Source: a virus. Taken from it: a stretch of DNA of 64,000 nucleotides. Below the pieces are notes generated by a model, which was given only the letters and a program-made list of their open reading frames with translations, was not told the origin of the DNA and did not search any database. The first letter of the stretch is position 1. Every line of letters begins with the position of its first letter. The DNA is taken from IMG/VR virus record IMGVR_UViG_3300045988_162375, positions 746-64,745 of that record; one strand, written 5' to 3'. The position numbers and the translations under genes were made by a program. Shown here in pieces: positions 12,206 to 22,908 of this stretch.

Positions 12206-12868
12206 ATGGCAAAAAATCGTCTTTTTGGTTGGATGTTCGTTGAGGACTCCAATAAAGAGTCTGAGGCAGTTAAACCTTGTCCTTCACAGGAAGCGTCTGC
12301 TCCTGCTGCGGTTGCTGTTCCCAGTCCTGTCGTAACTTCTGTGCCTGCTCCTACGATTATGGCATCAGGAGATGTAGATACCAAACTGGTGGAACTCCTG
12401 GAACGCAAGATCAACGAAGCAAATCTTCCTGGTCCTGACTATCTGGAACTTCTCCAGTCTGCGGAACAGATGAAGCAGTATATCCCTGATGAGACTACAC
12501 GTCTCAAAGCTGCTTTTGGTTCCATTCAGGGCATGGATCCTCGGATGACGAAGGATGTCGTTCTGGCATCGATTGACACCTATCTGGGTGTAATTGAAGC
12601 TGAACGAGGGAAAGCAAAGCTTCGCATGGAAAAGCTTCGTAAGGAAACTGTCGAGGATAAGGCAGAAGAGCTGAAGGCAACGAATCTTCGTATCGAGCAG
12701 CTTCGTGAGGAACTGAAAACTCTCACAGACAAGTCAATTGATCTCAATTCCGAAATTCAGAAGAATACGGCAGAGACGACCGCATTTGAAGCTAGAACGA
12801 ATGCGACCATCGACAAGGTTACGAATCGTCTGAACGAGGACAAGGTCCGACTGGCACAAATTCTGTAA
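12206..12868 (+). CDS. hypothetical coiled-coil protein
   Basis: 220 aa, Pro/Ala-rich linker then long heptad-like region; higher GC. Confidence 0.4.
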   Translation: MAKNRLFGWMFVEDSNKESEAVKPCPSQEASAPAAVAVPSPVVTSVPAPTIMASGDVDTKLVELLERKINEANLPGPDYLELLQSAEQMKQYIPDETTRLKAAFGSIQGMDPRMTKDVVLASIDTYLGVIEAERGKAKLRMEKLRKETVEDKAEELKATNLRIEQLREELKTLTDKSIDLNSEIQKNTAETTAFEARTNATIDKVTNRLNEDKVRLAQIL

Positions 12869-12870
12869 GT

Positions 12871-13905
12871 ATGATGCTGCCTGAAGGTTCAAGTCTCTCT
12901 AACTGGGAAAAACCAGGAGGCAAAACTGGTATGGTAGTTTTGGGTTTGTTAGGTGCAGGAGGGTTGATGCTTTTTTATAAAGCTCTTCCTTTCCTGATTA
13001 CTCTGGCATCTAATACACTGTACTTTGGGCTGCTCCTGGGATTAATTGCAGGAATTATCTATCTCCTGTGTGATCCCAAGTTCAGGAAAATCTGCTCTGC
13101 CACTTATTTTATGTTAATGAGAAAGCTGACTGGATTGGTTATTGAAATCGATCCTATTGCTATCGTGGAACAACGTATCCGTGATATGCAGAAAAAGTCA
13201 GCTGACATTAAAAAGGTAATGGGAGATCTCAGAGGTTGTATCATTCGTTCTAAGAACGATATTCAGAACGATACAAGGGAAATGCGTAATTGCATGGATG
13301 AAGCACAAGTGTCTGAGCGTAATGGAAACATTGCAATGGCAACAATTCAAAAGCGCCAAGCACTTCGTCTTAAAGAATCGTTAGATGATCAGTTACTTGC
13401 TCTTAAGAACTCAGAAATGTGGTTTGATAAGCTTAAAAAGCTTGAAGAGTATGCTAATCTGACGATTCAGGATGTTACTAACGAAGTAAATATTCGTAAG
13501 AAAACATTCGAGCGCATTCGTGCCCAGCACAAAGCTTTCAAATCTGTAATGTCTATCGTTAAGGGAGACCCTGACGAATTGGCAATGTTCACTGATGCTA
13601 TGGATTTCATGGCAAAGGATATCTCGGATAAAATCGGAGAGATGGAACATGTCATTGACTCTACTACGGGTATGCTGGCTGACCTGGACGCAAAGAATGG
13701 TGTTGCCAATATGAGGGCAGAAGAATTGTTGGAACGATACAACAAGTCAGGAATTGACAGTCTCTTTAATAAGTTCTCTGATGGTCGTAAGGCTATCGCT
13801 GCACCGAAAGTAGGGGAGTATGTTCAGTTCCAAGAAATTCTCAAAGTCCCCGTAAATGGTAACGAAGCCGCTCCCAAGTCCCTCGACGATTTCTGGGGTG
13901 AGTAA
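12871..13905 (+). CDS. membrane-anchored coiled-coil protein
   Basis: 344 aa; two N-terminal hydrophobic helices then a long charged helical region; adjacent to 12206 and probably operonic. Confidence 0.4.
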   Translation: MMLPEGSSLSNWEKPGGKTGMVVLGLLGAGGLMLFYKALPFLITLASNTLYFGLLLGLIAGIIYLLCDPKFRKICSATYFMLMRKLTGLVIEIDPIAIVEQRIRDMQKKSADIKKVMGDLRGCIIRSKNDIQNDTREMRNCMDEAQVSERNGNIAMATIQKRQALRLKESLDDQLLALKNSEMWFDKLKKLEEYANLTIQDVTNEVNIRKKTFERIRAQHKAFKSVMSIVKGDPDELAMFTDAMDFMAKDISDKIGEMEHVIDSTTGMLADLDAKNGVANMRAEELLERYNKSGIDSLFNKFSDGRKAIAAPKVGEYVQFQEILKVPVNGNEAAPKSLDDFWGE

Positions 13906-14641
13906 ATTCTTTCTGAATAATAGAAATATTGCTATATGTATTCTTCTGAATACTGTAGTGATATTTCTGTTGTCCTTTCATCGATTCCAACATGTCCTTT
14001 TGCCACTAGATGTGGCGTTTACCATATTCTTTATAATAGAGATGATTGTCAAGATTAGATGTCTTGGTAAATTATTCTTTAAGGATAAAGAATGTGTTTT
14101 TGATTTATTAATTGTTGTAGTTTCATCAATCCCATTATTTGGGTTATTCAGTTTAGATTGGATTCAAGTAATGCGATTGACTCGAATATTTAAGAGTCTT
14201 CGATTGTTTGAATTGATTCCTAATTACAAAAAGCTACTCATCAATTTTAGGTTAGTAATTCGAAGTTGCATTGGAATCTTAGTAGGATTATCTATTTTGA
14301 TTTTTCTATTATCAATTATTCTGTCTTCTTTATATGGAAATATAGTTCCAGAGTATTTTGGAAATCCCCTTGAAAGTATTTATTCAGTTTTCCGATTGTT
14401 TTCTATTGAGGGTTGGTATGATATTCCAAATGCTATTGCTGAGCGTAGTTCCTATGTAATGGGATATTTATCTAAGTTTTTCTTATCAGGTATAGTTCTT
14501 GTTTTTGGTATATTCGGAATGGGATTTGTATCATCTATGTTTATTGATGAGGTAACTTCAGATAATAATGATGAAGTTCTACAACGATTAAGTAAGTTAG
14601 AAGAAATTTTAAAGAAAATACAAGAAAATGGCACAACTTAA
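13856..14641 (+). CDS. 6TM voltage-gated cation channel (BacNaV/NaChBac-like) with C-terminal coiled coil
   Basis: Six hydrophobic segments; S4-like helix with basic residues every third position (MRLTRIFKSLRLFEL); pore-like FRLFSIEGWYD resembling the TLESW filter; start may be a later ATG. Confidence 0.5.
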   Translation: MVTKPLPSPSTISGVSKFFLNNRNIAICILLNTVVIFLLSFHRFQHVLLPLDVAFTIFFIIEMIVKIRCLGKLFFKDKECVFDLLIVVVSSIPLFGLFSLDWIQVMRLTRIFKSLRLFELIPNYKKLLINFRLVIRSCIGILVGLSILIFLLSIILSSLYGNIVPEYFGNPLESIYSVFRLFSIEGWYDIPNAIAERSSYVMGYLSKFFLSGIVLVFGIFGMGFVSSMFIDEVTSDNNDEVLQRLSKLEEILKKIQENGTT

Positions 14642-16154
14642 GCCAGGATTCAAAGTAGTCCTGATCATGGTCGCTGTAATTGCAGCATTTTTCGTAATCA
14701 AAGCCGTCGTCCCTTCCTCCTCGTCGTCGGGATCATCCTCTACTTCGGGTCTCGGCGACATCTTCGGAGGAAAACCGACCATCAACATCGGAGTTAACAC
14801 GTATGCGGGGTTTGCTCCCATTGTGTGGATTAATGGTGGTCTTCGTCCCAATGACGAGTCTATCCTGACTAAGGAATATGGCATTCGTGCCAATATCATT
14901 ATCCAAGATGATTTTGTTGCTGGACGTAACGCTTTCCTGAATGGGGATATCGACCTTATTTATTGTACTACGGATGTATTGGCCGTAGAGATGGGTGAAG
15001 GTTCCGCAATGAACAGTGCTAAGTATGTAATGATGCTTAACCGTTCTCAGGGGGCAGATGCAATGGTAGTTACCAAGAATATTCGTACCGTTGCAGATCT
15101 TAAGGGTAAAAAGATTGCAGTAGCTGAAGGAACTGCATCTCATACTCTTCTTCTGAATATTCTTGAAACAAACGGGATCAGTCAGCATGACGTAACACTT
15201 GTGAAAGTTGATAACGGTGGTGCTGCAGCTGACACATTCAAAGCAGGTCAGGTAGATGCTTGTGTTACATGGGCACCTGATGACCAGGCTTGTGTAGATG
15301 CTATTCCTGGTTCGAGAGTCCTCGTTTCAACCAAACATGCAAAAGACCTTGTAACAGATGGTCTTGTAGGAAAGGCAGAGTGGCTGGATAAGAATCATAA
15401 CGATGTTAAAAAACTTATTTCTGCAATTCTGTATGCAAATTCGAAGTTGAATCATGATCCTGCAACTGTAAAGGAAGCATCAAAGATTTTTGCAAAAGCG
15501 TTCGGTACTGACCCTGAGTTTGCTGAAATTGGATGTAGCAATATCTGGTTTGCAACTCTGGGAGATGAAGAGAATTTCTTTGGCATAACTTCTGATTATA
15601 TGGGAATGAAGGCTGAGGAGATCTATTCAAAGATGGCTCGGACCTATGCTAATCTTGGACTTACTAAGAGTCCTCTGGGTTGGCGTAAGGTATCGGATAT
15701 GTCGTTCATCGAGGAGCTTTCCAATGAGGGTACTGTACAAGGCAATCAGGCTCCTCAACCCGCAGTTAAGTTCTCTGCTGTAACATCAGAAGTCAGGGAA
15801 AAACAGGCAATTTCTAATAAGAAGTTGACTATTAATTTCCCTGTCAATGGTGACATCCTCGACAATGATGCTCGAGCTCTTATTGATCGAGAGTTTGTTC
15901 CGATTGCTAAGCAGTTCAACAACGCACGTGTTCGTATTGAAGGTAACACTGACAATACGGGTAATCGTGCGTACAACGAGTCTCTTTCATCTCGACGGGC
16001 TCAGGCTGTAGCTAATTATTTAATTAATGACTACGGTTTTGATCCCAATCGATTTATCATCGTTGGTAACGGTCCTAAGAATGCTATCAATGATGGTGTT
16101 CAGGGTTCCAATATCAACTATCGAACTACTGATTTCATGCTCGTAACTGAGTAG
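14628..16154 (+). CDS. ABC transporter substrate-binding protein (NitT/TauT-type) fused to a C-terminal OmpA-like domain
   Basis: 508 aa; N-terminal TM anchor and Ser-rich linker, SBP-like core, C-terminal NTDNTGNRAYNESLSSRRAQAV OmpA-family motif. Confidence 0.55.
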   Translation: MAQLKPGFKVVLIMVAVIAAFFVIKAVVPSSSSSGSSSTSGLGDIFGGKPTINIGVNTYAGFAPIVWINGGLRPNDESILTKEYGIRANIIIQDDFVAGRNAFLNGDIDLIYCTTDVLAVEMGEGSAMNSAKYVMMLNRSQGADAMVVTKNIRTVADLKGKKIAVAEGTASHTLLLNILETNGISQHDVTLVKVDNGGAAADTFKAGQVDACVTWAPDDQACVDAIPGSRVLVSTKHAKDLVTDGLVGKAEWLDKNHNDVKKLISAILYANSKLNHDPATVKEASKIFAKAFGTDPEFAEIGCSNIWFATLGDEENFFGITSDYMGMKAEEIYSKMARTYANLGLTKSPLGWRKVSDMSFIEELSNEGTVQGNQAPQPAVKFSAVTSEVREKQAISNKKLTINFPVNGDILDNDARALIDREFVPIAKQFNNARVRIEGNTDNTGNRAYNESLSSRRAQAVANYLINDYGFDPNRFIIVGNGPKNAINDGVQGSNINYRTTDFMLVTE

Positions 16155-16155
16155 T

Positions 16156-16992
16156 ATGCAGTTGTTCAAAATGGGTGGGACGATTACCCATAAACAAGCA
16201 TTGGCAACAGGTATCATAGGAGCAATAGTTCTGCTGCTTCTATGGTATCTAGTTACCATGTCAGGGGAAATCATTCGTCCTCAGATTTTACCGAATCCTA
16301 TAAATGTGCTCAAGGCATATCCAGATTTAATCTCTAACTCAGCCCTCTTTACCAATACTTGGTATACAGTAAAGCTGAACCTTATGGGATATTTCTATGC
16401 TTTAATCATTGCAATCCCTTTGGGCCTTATTATAGGATTGTTTCCTGTCACAAAAGCGTTGTTTGGTAAGTACTTTGATGCTCTTCGGTATCTTCCTATT
16501 CCTGCAGTGTCTGGTATTTTTATCGCAGCTATTGGCATAGGATTTGATATGAAGGCTAGTTTTCTTGCTTTCGGAATCATCATATACATTCTTCCTGTTG
16601 TTGTTCAACGAGTATCTGAACTTCAGAATCCCGCCAACGATAAGGATTATGTGTATTTACAAACCATTTCAACGTTAGGTGCAACAAACTGGCAGAAATT
16701 TCGATATGTTTATTTTCCTTATGTGATGCAGCGAGTTTCAACCGATGTAATCAATTTAACTGCGATTTCCTATACTTATATAGTAATTGCAGAAACTCTT
16801 AATAAAGAGGGTGGTATCGGTGCACTGATAAATATAATGAGTAGGCAGTCGAGAACTGCAGAAGTTTATGCACTTCTCTTCTTAATTATCGGTATTGGAA
16901 TACTCCAAGATGTCCTTCTAAAGAAATTGGATGTTGTACTTTTTCCTTCAAAGTACAACAAACCATCCATCAAATCCAAAATAATGAAATAA
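16156..16992 (+). CDS. ABC transporter permease (TauC/SsuC-like)
   Basis: 278 aa polytopic membrane protein immediately following the SBP gene. Confidence 0.6.
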   Translation: MQLFKMGGTITHKQALATGIIGAIVLLLLWYLVTMSGEIIRPQILPNPINVLKAYPDLISNSALFTNTWYTVKLNLMGYFYALIIAIPLGLIIGLFPVTKALFGKYFDALRYLPIPAVSGIFIAAIGIGFDMKASFLAFGIIIYILPVVVQRVSELQNPANDKDYVYLQTISTLGATNWQKFRYVYFPYVMQRVSTDVINLTAISYTYIVIAETLNKEGGIGALINIMSRQSRTAEVYALLFLIIGIGILQDVLLKKLDVVLFPSKYNKPSIKSKIMK

Positions 16993-16994
16993 GT

Positions 16995-17831
16995 ATGGGG
17001 CTCTTTGATGGTTTAACTGGATCCGTTCCAGTTCCCACATCTCGTTATGAGGCCGTGGATGTAATTAACTTAAGAAATCTTAACCAGTCTTTTGATACTC
17101 CTAAAGGAAAGTTCACTCTCTTTAAGGATTTCAGTCTGGATATAAAAGACTTCTCAGGAGAAGGGCAGTTTATCAGTATCTTAGGAAAGAGTGGTTGTGG
17201 TAAATCTCAACTGCTCAAAATCATCTCTGGGCTTACACAGCCAGATTCAGGTGAAGTTCTTGTCTATGGAAAGCCACAGACAGGAAAAATCCCTATGGTA
17301 TTTCAGCAGTATTCTTCATTTCCATGGATGTCAGTTCTTGACAATGTAAAACTTCCGCTTATTCTTCGAGGAGTTTCTGATAAAGAAGCTACAGAGAGGG
17401 CTATGGAAATGATCAAAATTGTAGGTCTGGAAGGTAATGAAACTAAATGGGGTCAGTATCCTGTGTTATCGGGAGGACAGCTTCAACGAGTTTCAATGGC
17501 GCGAGCCCTGGTTGCAGATAACAAAATTCTTTTGTTAGATGAAGCCACTGGTGCATTAGATATTGTTATGAAACGAGAGATTCAGAACACCATTTTGGAT
17601 ATCTATTATAACGCCAAATTCGATCCTACAATCCTCAATGTTACACATAGCATTGAGGAGGCTGTATATCTCTCAAATCGAATTTACATTTTAGCTCCTA
17701 ATCCCTGTAAAGTTCAGGCTGTCATTGATGTTAACTTTGACGGTAGGAGAACGGATGCAATTCGTCAAACTACAGCATTTGCAAATTATGTGAAACAAGT
17801 AGAACAAGTAATGTCAGAAACACATGAGTAA
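16995..17831 (+). CDS. ABC transporter ATP-binding protein
   Basis: Walker A GKSGCGKS, signature LSGGQLQRV, Walker B ILLLDEATGALD. Confidence 0.7.
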   Translation: MGLFDGLTGSVPVPTSRYEAVDVINLRNLNQSFDTPKGKFTLFKDFSLDIKDFSGEGQFISILGKSGCGKSQLLKIISGLTQPDSGEVLVYGKPQTGKIPMVFQQYSSFPWMSVLDNVKLPLILRGVSDKEATERAMEMIKIVGLEGNETKWGQYPVLSGGQLQRVSMARALVADNKILLLDEATGALDIVMKREIQNTILDIYYNAKFDPTILNVTHSIEEAVYLSNRIYILAPNPCKVQAVIDVNFDGRRTDAIRQTTAFANYVKQVEQVMSETHE

Positions 17832-18002
17832 AATCAATTTCAAAGCTTTTCCTATGTATTTCAAGGAGAAGGTCTATGATGCCGAGGGCAATGTAAAGCG
17901 TAACAAAGATGGCGAAATCGTTTACCAGCGCGTACAGCGTATGGTACGTCATAACGCAGCCTACTTTCCTAGCCGAAAGTAAAACGGTTCTTTGAAACTC
18001 TG

Positions 18003-18029
18003 GTCGGAGATTAAACTCTCCGACTTTTA
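18003..18029 (+). terminator. Rho-independent terminator-like hairpin
   Basis: GTCGGAG-ATTAAACT-CTCCGAC followed by TTTTAT, 3' of the ABC operon. Confidence 0.45.
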
Positions 18030-18030
18030 T

Positions 18031-18101
18031 GGTGGAGTTGTCTAGCGATTTAGGACGCCAGTTCTCAGCTGGAAACAGTAGTTTGAATCTACTCTCCACT
18101 A
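18031..18101 (+). tRNA. tRNA-like gene, anticodon loop TTCTCAG (CTC), G1-U72
   Basis: Acceptor GGTGGAG/CTCCACT, T arm AGTAG-TTTGAAT-CTACT; paralogous to the 9236 gene. Confidence 0.4.
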
Positions 18102-18305
18102 CACTATTTTAATTATTTAATTTAGTTAGGGGTGCTCCTATATAATGCACGGTAGGATATTACCTAAGTATGCCCGAGCTAGTTGCTGAGAATCTCGTTA
18201 AACTTTAGAAATGTGGGTTTCAGAATTTATAATCCCCCGCAGCTAAAAATTCCCAGATACTATCAACTGGGAGCCTAACGGTATCCTCTTTGATAGTATC
18301 TATTT

Positions 18306-18378
18306 GGTCTGTTCGTCTAGTGATCTAGGACATTATCTTCTCAAGGTAAAGACAGAGGTTTGAATCCTCTACAGACTA
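18306..18378 (+). tRNA. tRNA with Glu-like D arm and anticodon loop TTCTCAA (CTC), G1-U72
   Basis: Acceptor GGTCTGT/ACAGACT, D arm TCGTCTAGTGATCTAGGAC, anticodon stem TTATC/GGTAA, T arm AGAGG-TTTGAAT-CCTCT. Confidence 0.5.
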
Positions 18379-18394
18379 CTAATATTAGTAAACT

Positions 18395-18769
18395 ATGAAG
18401 CTTAACAAATATAAAATGAAAATAGGAATTCCTGAGTCTGTGGAATTTCTTGTATATGGAAAAGATAATTTTGAGATTCCCAAGGAGATAGAAGAGATAA
18501 CTCTTCTTCAGGAAAATCTCAATAAAGAAGAGCTGGATGCTAACTTTGATCTTCCTATATATGAATTTACTGATTTTATGATTCTTTTCCTTCCTTTTAA
18601 AGGGAAACAGAAGAGAACTAGGGACAAAATTCTAAATGAAGTAGGAATTGTTTGTTGGGGAGACTTAGAAGTTGCGTATTACAACATTCGAAAACATGGA
18701 AGTGCTCTTTCTAAAAAACAGCGGGAGCTAGTTATTGAAAAATACTCAGAAATAATCAATGGAATATAA
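18395..18769 (+). CDS. hypothetical protein
   Basis: 124-aa ORF, AT-rich, no TGA. Confidence 0.3.
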   Translation: MKLNKYKMKIGIPESVEFLVYGKDNFEIPKEIEEITLLQENLNKEELDANFDLPIYEFTDFMILFLPFKGKQKRTRDKILNEVGIVCWGDLEVAYYNIRKHGSALSKKQRELVIEKYSEIINGI

Positions 18770-20340
18770 ACGTGTAAAACTCACAAAAGTAGGACTCACT
18801 GGTAGAATTCCTGATGGATTGCATCCTAACGGAATTGAAGTGGGTTATATAGAGGAAGGTTATATGGTAGAGCCTCCTAAAGTTGGAGAAATGTTTCTTC
18901 TCTATCCTCACAATAAAGTAGCCTTTAGTAATACTCCCTATTTTCATACTTCTCTTGTAACAGAGGTAATCTCAGCTACTGAATTCAGAACGTTAAACAG
19001 TTTATATAAAATCGAAGTAATATAGAAGGATTAGGTTGGTGGATATACTTGTGTTCTGTTGCTGGAGGGATATCAACTGTCTCATTGATATGCTCCATAG
19101 TATGCTTAGCTGCTTTTTTATTACTTCTGTTTCATATTGTAGTGATGAATGTGAATTGACTTATCTATAAACCTAATGCTATAGGAGAAATATTTATTAA
19201 AGGAATTTCATAATGAAACAACAATTGTATAGAGAAGTAAATGATGGTGTAGGAACTAAACTTATAGAAGTTTCTGAGGAAGAAGTCAAAGCTGCTAAAG
19301 AAAAGTATGCTAAGACAGGTGAATGTGATTGTATTTACATTTATGATGAATCTAGTTACTGTGGTTGGGATCTAAGATATTGTGGTATTTGTGGGAGCTT
19401 AGTTAGCCTCGTTTAAACATATAATACAAAATATGAAAGTTCGATTCAACAACAAAAAGAAATATTGGTATAAACCAGGGAAAATTTAACAAAGGGCTAT
19501 ATTACCGTATCCAAACCAGAGCCCTTGAGGCTAAAAGGAGCCATGGATTTTACCATGAGGAAGCTCAAAGTCAACAGTCTATTGGGTAATTCCATAGGAG
19601 TGCTGTTAGGGATACATTTTTAATTTAACTGGATAGAAGGGTAACTATGTATGAACAAATTGAGTTTACAGTTACGTTGGTAGTGTAAAAGCAACACATT
19701 TAGGATTACATTAGGGATAAGGGTACTGAAATGTACAACAGATTGAGGATGAGAAAACTCATGGCTGCATAAAAACAGTGAAATTCTGTAACTAATGTGA
19801 GAAGTAAGTTAAGTTAATTTTATAGACTTTCAGGCTTAAGTAAAAGACCAAGTGAATTCTGTTTCATGTCACTAATATCATAGATATTCTTAAAGGTAAT
19901 CTTTAGTGACCGCTGGCCTTCCGTGGGTACAGGTTGTGCTTGAAAAGAGGAAGTATAAGAATAGGCAGATACTTGCATACTTGAGAGTCATTACATCTCC
20001 TCAATGACTTGGTAAGAGAGGAGATTTTTGCATAATTATATCTCGCGGAAATGATAAGAGTACGGATGTTTACCTGTTCTCTGATATGATTATGTTTAGA
20101 CTATAGGAGTTTGATCGCTCCTATAGTCACCGTTTGCTTCAGAGGCTTAAGTCATACTAAGTAAATCTTGCTTGAATCTAATAAGCTGGAGTTCGAACCT
20201 ATTCAATGACTTAGTAAAGAGAATAGGATTTTTATATAGTATATGAAAGAAATCAAAGAATATCAAATATTAGGGATAGGATTTTTAGCGATAGCTATCC
20301 TTGCAGGGTTAATCCTAATTCTTATGTAGTTTTTATTTTA

Positions 20341-20413
20341 GGGCCTATAGTTAAAAGGTTTATAACGCACGACTCATAATCCTGTATTCCTGGTTCGAGT
20401 CCAGGTAGGCCCA
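20341..20413 (+). tRNA. tRNA-Met(CAT)
   Basis: Acceptor GGGCCTA/TAGGCCC, anticodon loop CTCATAA, T arm CCTGG-TTCGAGT-CCAGG. Confidence 0.8.
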
Positions 20414-21555
20414 CTAATTTAAGATATAAGCAATGAATGTAGATAAAGAACATATTATAAGTTATTTCCAAGATATTATTCATATATGTGAGAAGACGAC
20501 AACTGGAAATGTTTCTCATCAAATGAGTAATATTAGGATTACTTATAGTTATATTGCTGATAAAGTAAAGGAGCAATATGGAGAGAACATAGCATATAAT
20601 AATCTTATGCACGTTGTAGAGCTAGCTTCTGGAGCCACAACTGGTAACATTACTCATAAAGTTGCAACTATAAAGGGTTTATGCCGAAGATGTATTGATT
20701 TTATTAATGAATACGGATTAGAATAATCATGGGATTTTTAATTTGGATAGTGGCAGGTTCAACAATTCTATATATTTTAACGGTAGATGATTGTGAAGAT
20801 TTTTTCAGTAAAGTTTTTGTATCTATAATATATTTTAGTATTTTTGTAGCAATAGTTCTCTTTGTTAAGAGTGATGTAGTGTGTAATATACACATGGAAG
20901 CTTATGAAAAGGGGAAGCTTGAGAAAGTATATACTATAAGAGATTCTGATACAACATATAAATGGACCTACCGTGAGAAGAATTAGTTTTGAAACAGCTA
21001 ATTTAGCTGCTGAGAAAGGATATGATGAGGACTGTGATTCTGTTTATGATATTTATGGAAATATTATAGATATAGACAACTATGGTTTAGGTATTATTCC
21101 TGAATATTGTTGTCCAGCTCCATATCAGGCGGAGTTACAAGAGTGGCTGAGAAACGAGCATGGAGTAAGTGTATTAGTCTATTTAGATGAAACACTATCA
21201 TATATATGGACTATTACTTGTTTGCATCCTAGAGCCTCAATCATGGAATATCATCAGTCTAATGAGGTATGGTGTGGACATTATGAGGATTGCTTAGAAG
21301 CAGGCTTACAGGCAGCTTTAAAGCTATTGTAAATATTTAAAATCCTAATATGACGATATTAGGTCGCAAGTGCTCTCACTATCGGAGAAAGTAATGGTAG
21401 TTAGTAGTTATACTAGTTTAACGTGAATGAAAATAATCTATCGTTGTAGGTTTAATAGTAAAATCCAGTAACCTAACAAAGGCAGGAAAATGCAAAAAGT
21501 GCTACAGTTTTGTGAAGAGTCAAGGATAACTTGAGAAAGCTAGTCAAAACAAGAT

Positions 21556-21640
21556 GCCGAGATGGCGAAATGGCAGCCGCAGGGGACTTAAAATCCCCTG
21601 GTCAGTAATGGCCGTGCGGGTTCGACTCCCGCTCTCGGTA
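21556..21640 (+). tRNA. tRNA-Leu(TAA), type II
   Basis: Anticodon arm GGGGA-CTTAAAA-TCCCC, long variable arm GGTCAGTAATGGCCGT, T arm GCGGG-TTCGACT-CCCGC, A73. Confidence 0.8.
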
Positions 21641-22089
21641 CAGCAGTTATTTGATTACGCAACTAAGACAATAACAGCTTATGCACGAATGCGTCGTGAC
21701 GATAGGCAGGTGATAGTGAGGAAGACTACCGTAGGAAATGACGGGGCAGACTGTAAAGTTCTATCCAGATACTTACCTCCAGCAGTGGCTAAAAGAGTAT
21801 CATTTTTATTGAAATATTTTAATATATGGAAATTGTAAATATTATAGCAGCTTGTATAGTTGCTTACTTTCTTCAACTTGGTATGGGTGCTGTATTGGGA
21901 ACTAATCAAAATAAGTGGCTAAAGATTGGATTTATTATTCCTGGTATTGGCCTCCTTGTACAGCTCGTATATTTATTTTATTGCATGTTCTATATAATGT
22001 TTGATGAGGAGTAAGGTAATAAGGTGACATACAGCAATCTTTTTAAATTATTGCATTTGGGTAAATATGAACGTCACCTACCATTGATA

Positions 22090-22161
22090 GGAGTATGGCG
22101 CAATTGGTTAGCGCACCTCCCTGATACGGAGGGGGTTTCTGGTTCGAATCCAGATACTCCT
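22090..22161 (+). tRNA. tRNA-Ile(GAT)
   Basis: Acceptor GGAGTAT/ATACTCC, D arm GGCGCAATTGGTTAGCGC, anticodon arm CCTCC-CTGATAC-GGAGG. Confidence 0.8.
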
Positions 22162-22176
22162 ACTAATTACTTTTAT

Positions 22177-22617
22177 ATGTATAAAATCTTACTTTGTTTA
22201 CTTTTAGCATTTACTACTAATTATGGATATTCCCAATTAAAGTATAATCAAATAGATATCGAAATCGGGTTAAGTAGTAGTATTGATGAGCCACATATAA
22301 ACATGTTATATGTTGGAGGAACTATTTATAATGCATATTTAGAGTTTCAAACCAATGCATTTACAAAAGGAATGGGGTGTAACAATCTTATAGATATGAA
22401 AGCTATAAATGTTGGAGCTGTCTTCCCTATGTATCAAACTAATAAATTTTCATATATTATAACTCCTAAAATTGGTATATGGACTACTAATCCAAATACA
22501 TATTTTTGTGGAGGATTGAATTTCAGTGTAGTATATAAGTTTATACGAATATCTTTGCTTACAACATTTGTAAGAAGTGAGCAATTTATAGGAATTGGCT
22601 TAGGAGTTTCATTATAA
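22177..22617 (+). CDS. secreted/outer-membrane-like hypothetical protein
   Basis: Track ORF 22024-22617 overlaps tRNA-Ile; plausible start MYKILLCLLLAF (signal-peptide-like) at ~22177. Confidence 0.35.
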   Translation: MYKILLCLLLAFTTNYGYSQLKYNQIDIEIGLSSSIDEPHINMLYVGGTIYNAYLEFQTNAFTKGMGCNNLIDMKAINVGAVFPMYQTNKFSYIITPKIGIWTTNPNTYFCGGLNFSVVYKFIRISLLTTFVRSEQFIGIGLGVSL

Positions 22618-22624
22618 GTCCAAT

Positions 22625-22699
22625 TGGGGTGTGGTGTAGTGGCGGCACGTTGGATTTTGATTCCAAAAGCATCCGTAGGTTCGATTCCTACCACCCCAA
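22625..22699 (+). tRNA. tRNA-Gln(TTG)
   Basis: Acceptor TGGGGTG/CACCCCA, anticodon arm TTGGA-TTTTGAT-TCCAA, T arm GTAGG-TTCGATT-CCTAC. Confidence 0.75.
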
Positions 22700-22908
22700 C
22701 AATAATTAAAACAACAGTTATGATTTGGTATATTATCTTAGTAATTTTTATCATCTATCTTTTGGTAGTTTCAGGAATTATGTTTTTCTTTGCAACTAAG
22801 TTCGGATTGGTAAATACTATTGTTCAATGGGAAAAGAAAGATACTTTTTATATCTTTTGCCCCATTGTGCATTTATTTACATTGTACTATTTCTGGACTC
22901 TCAAATAG

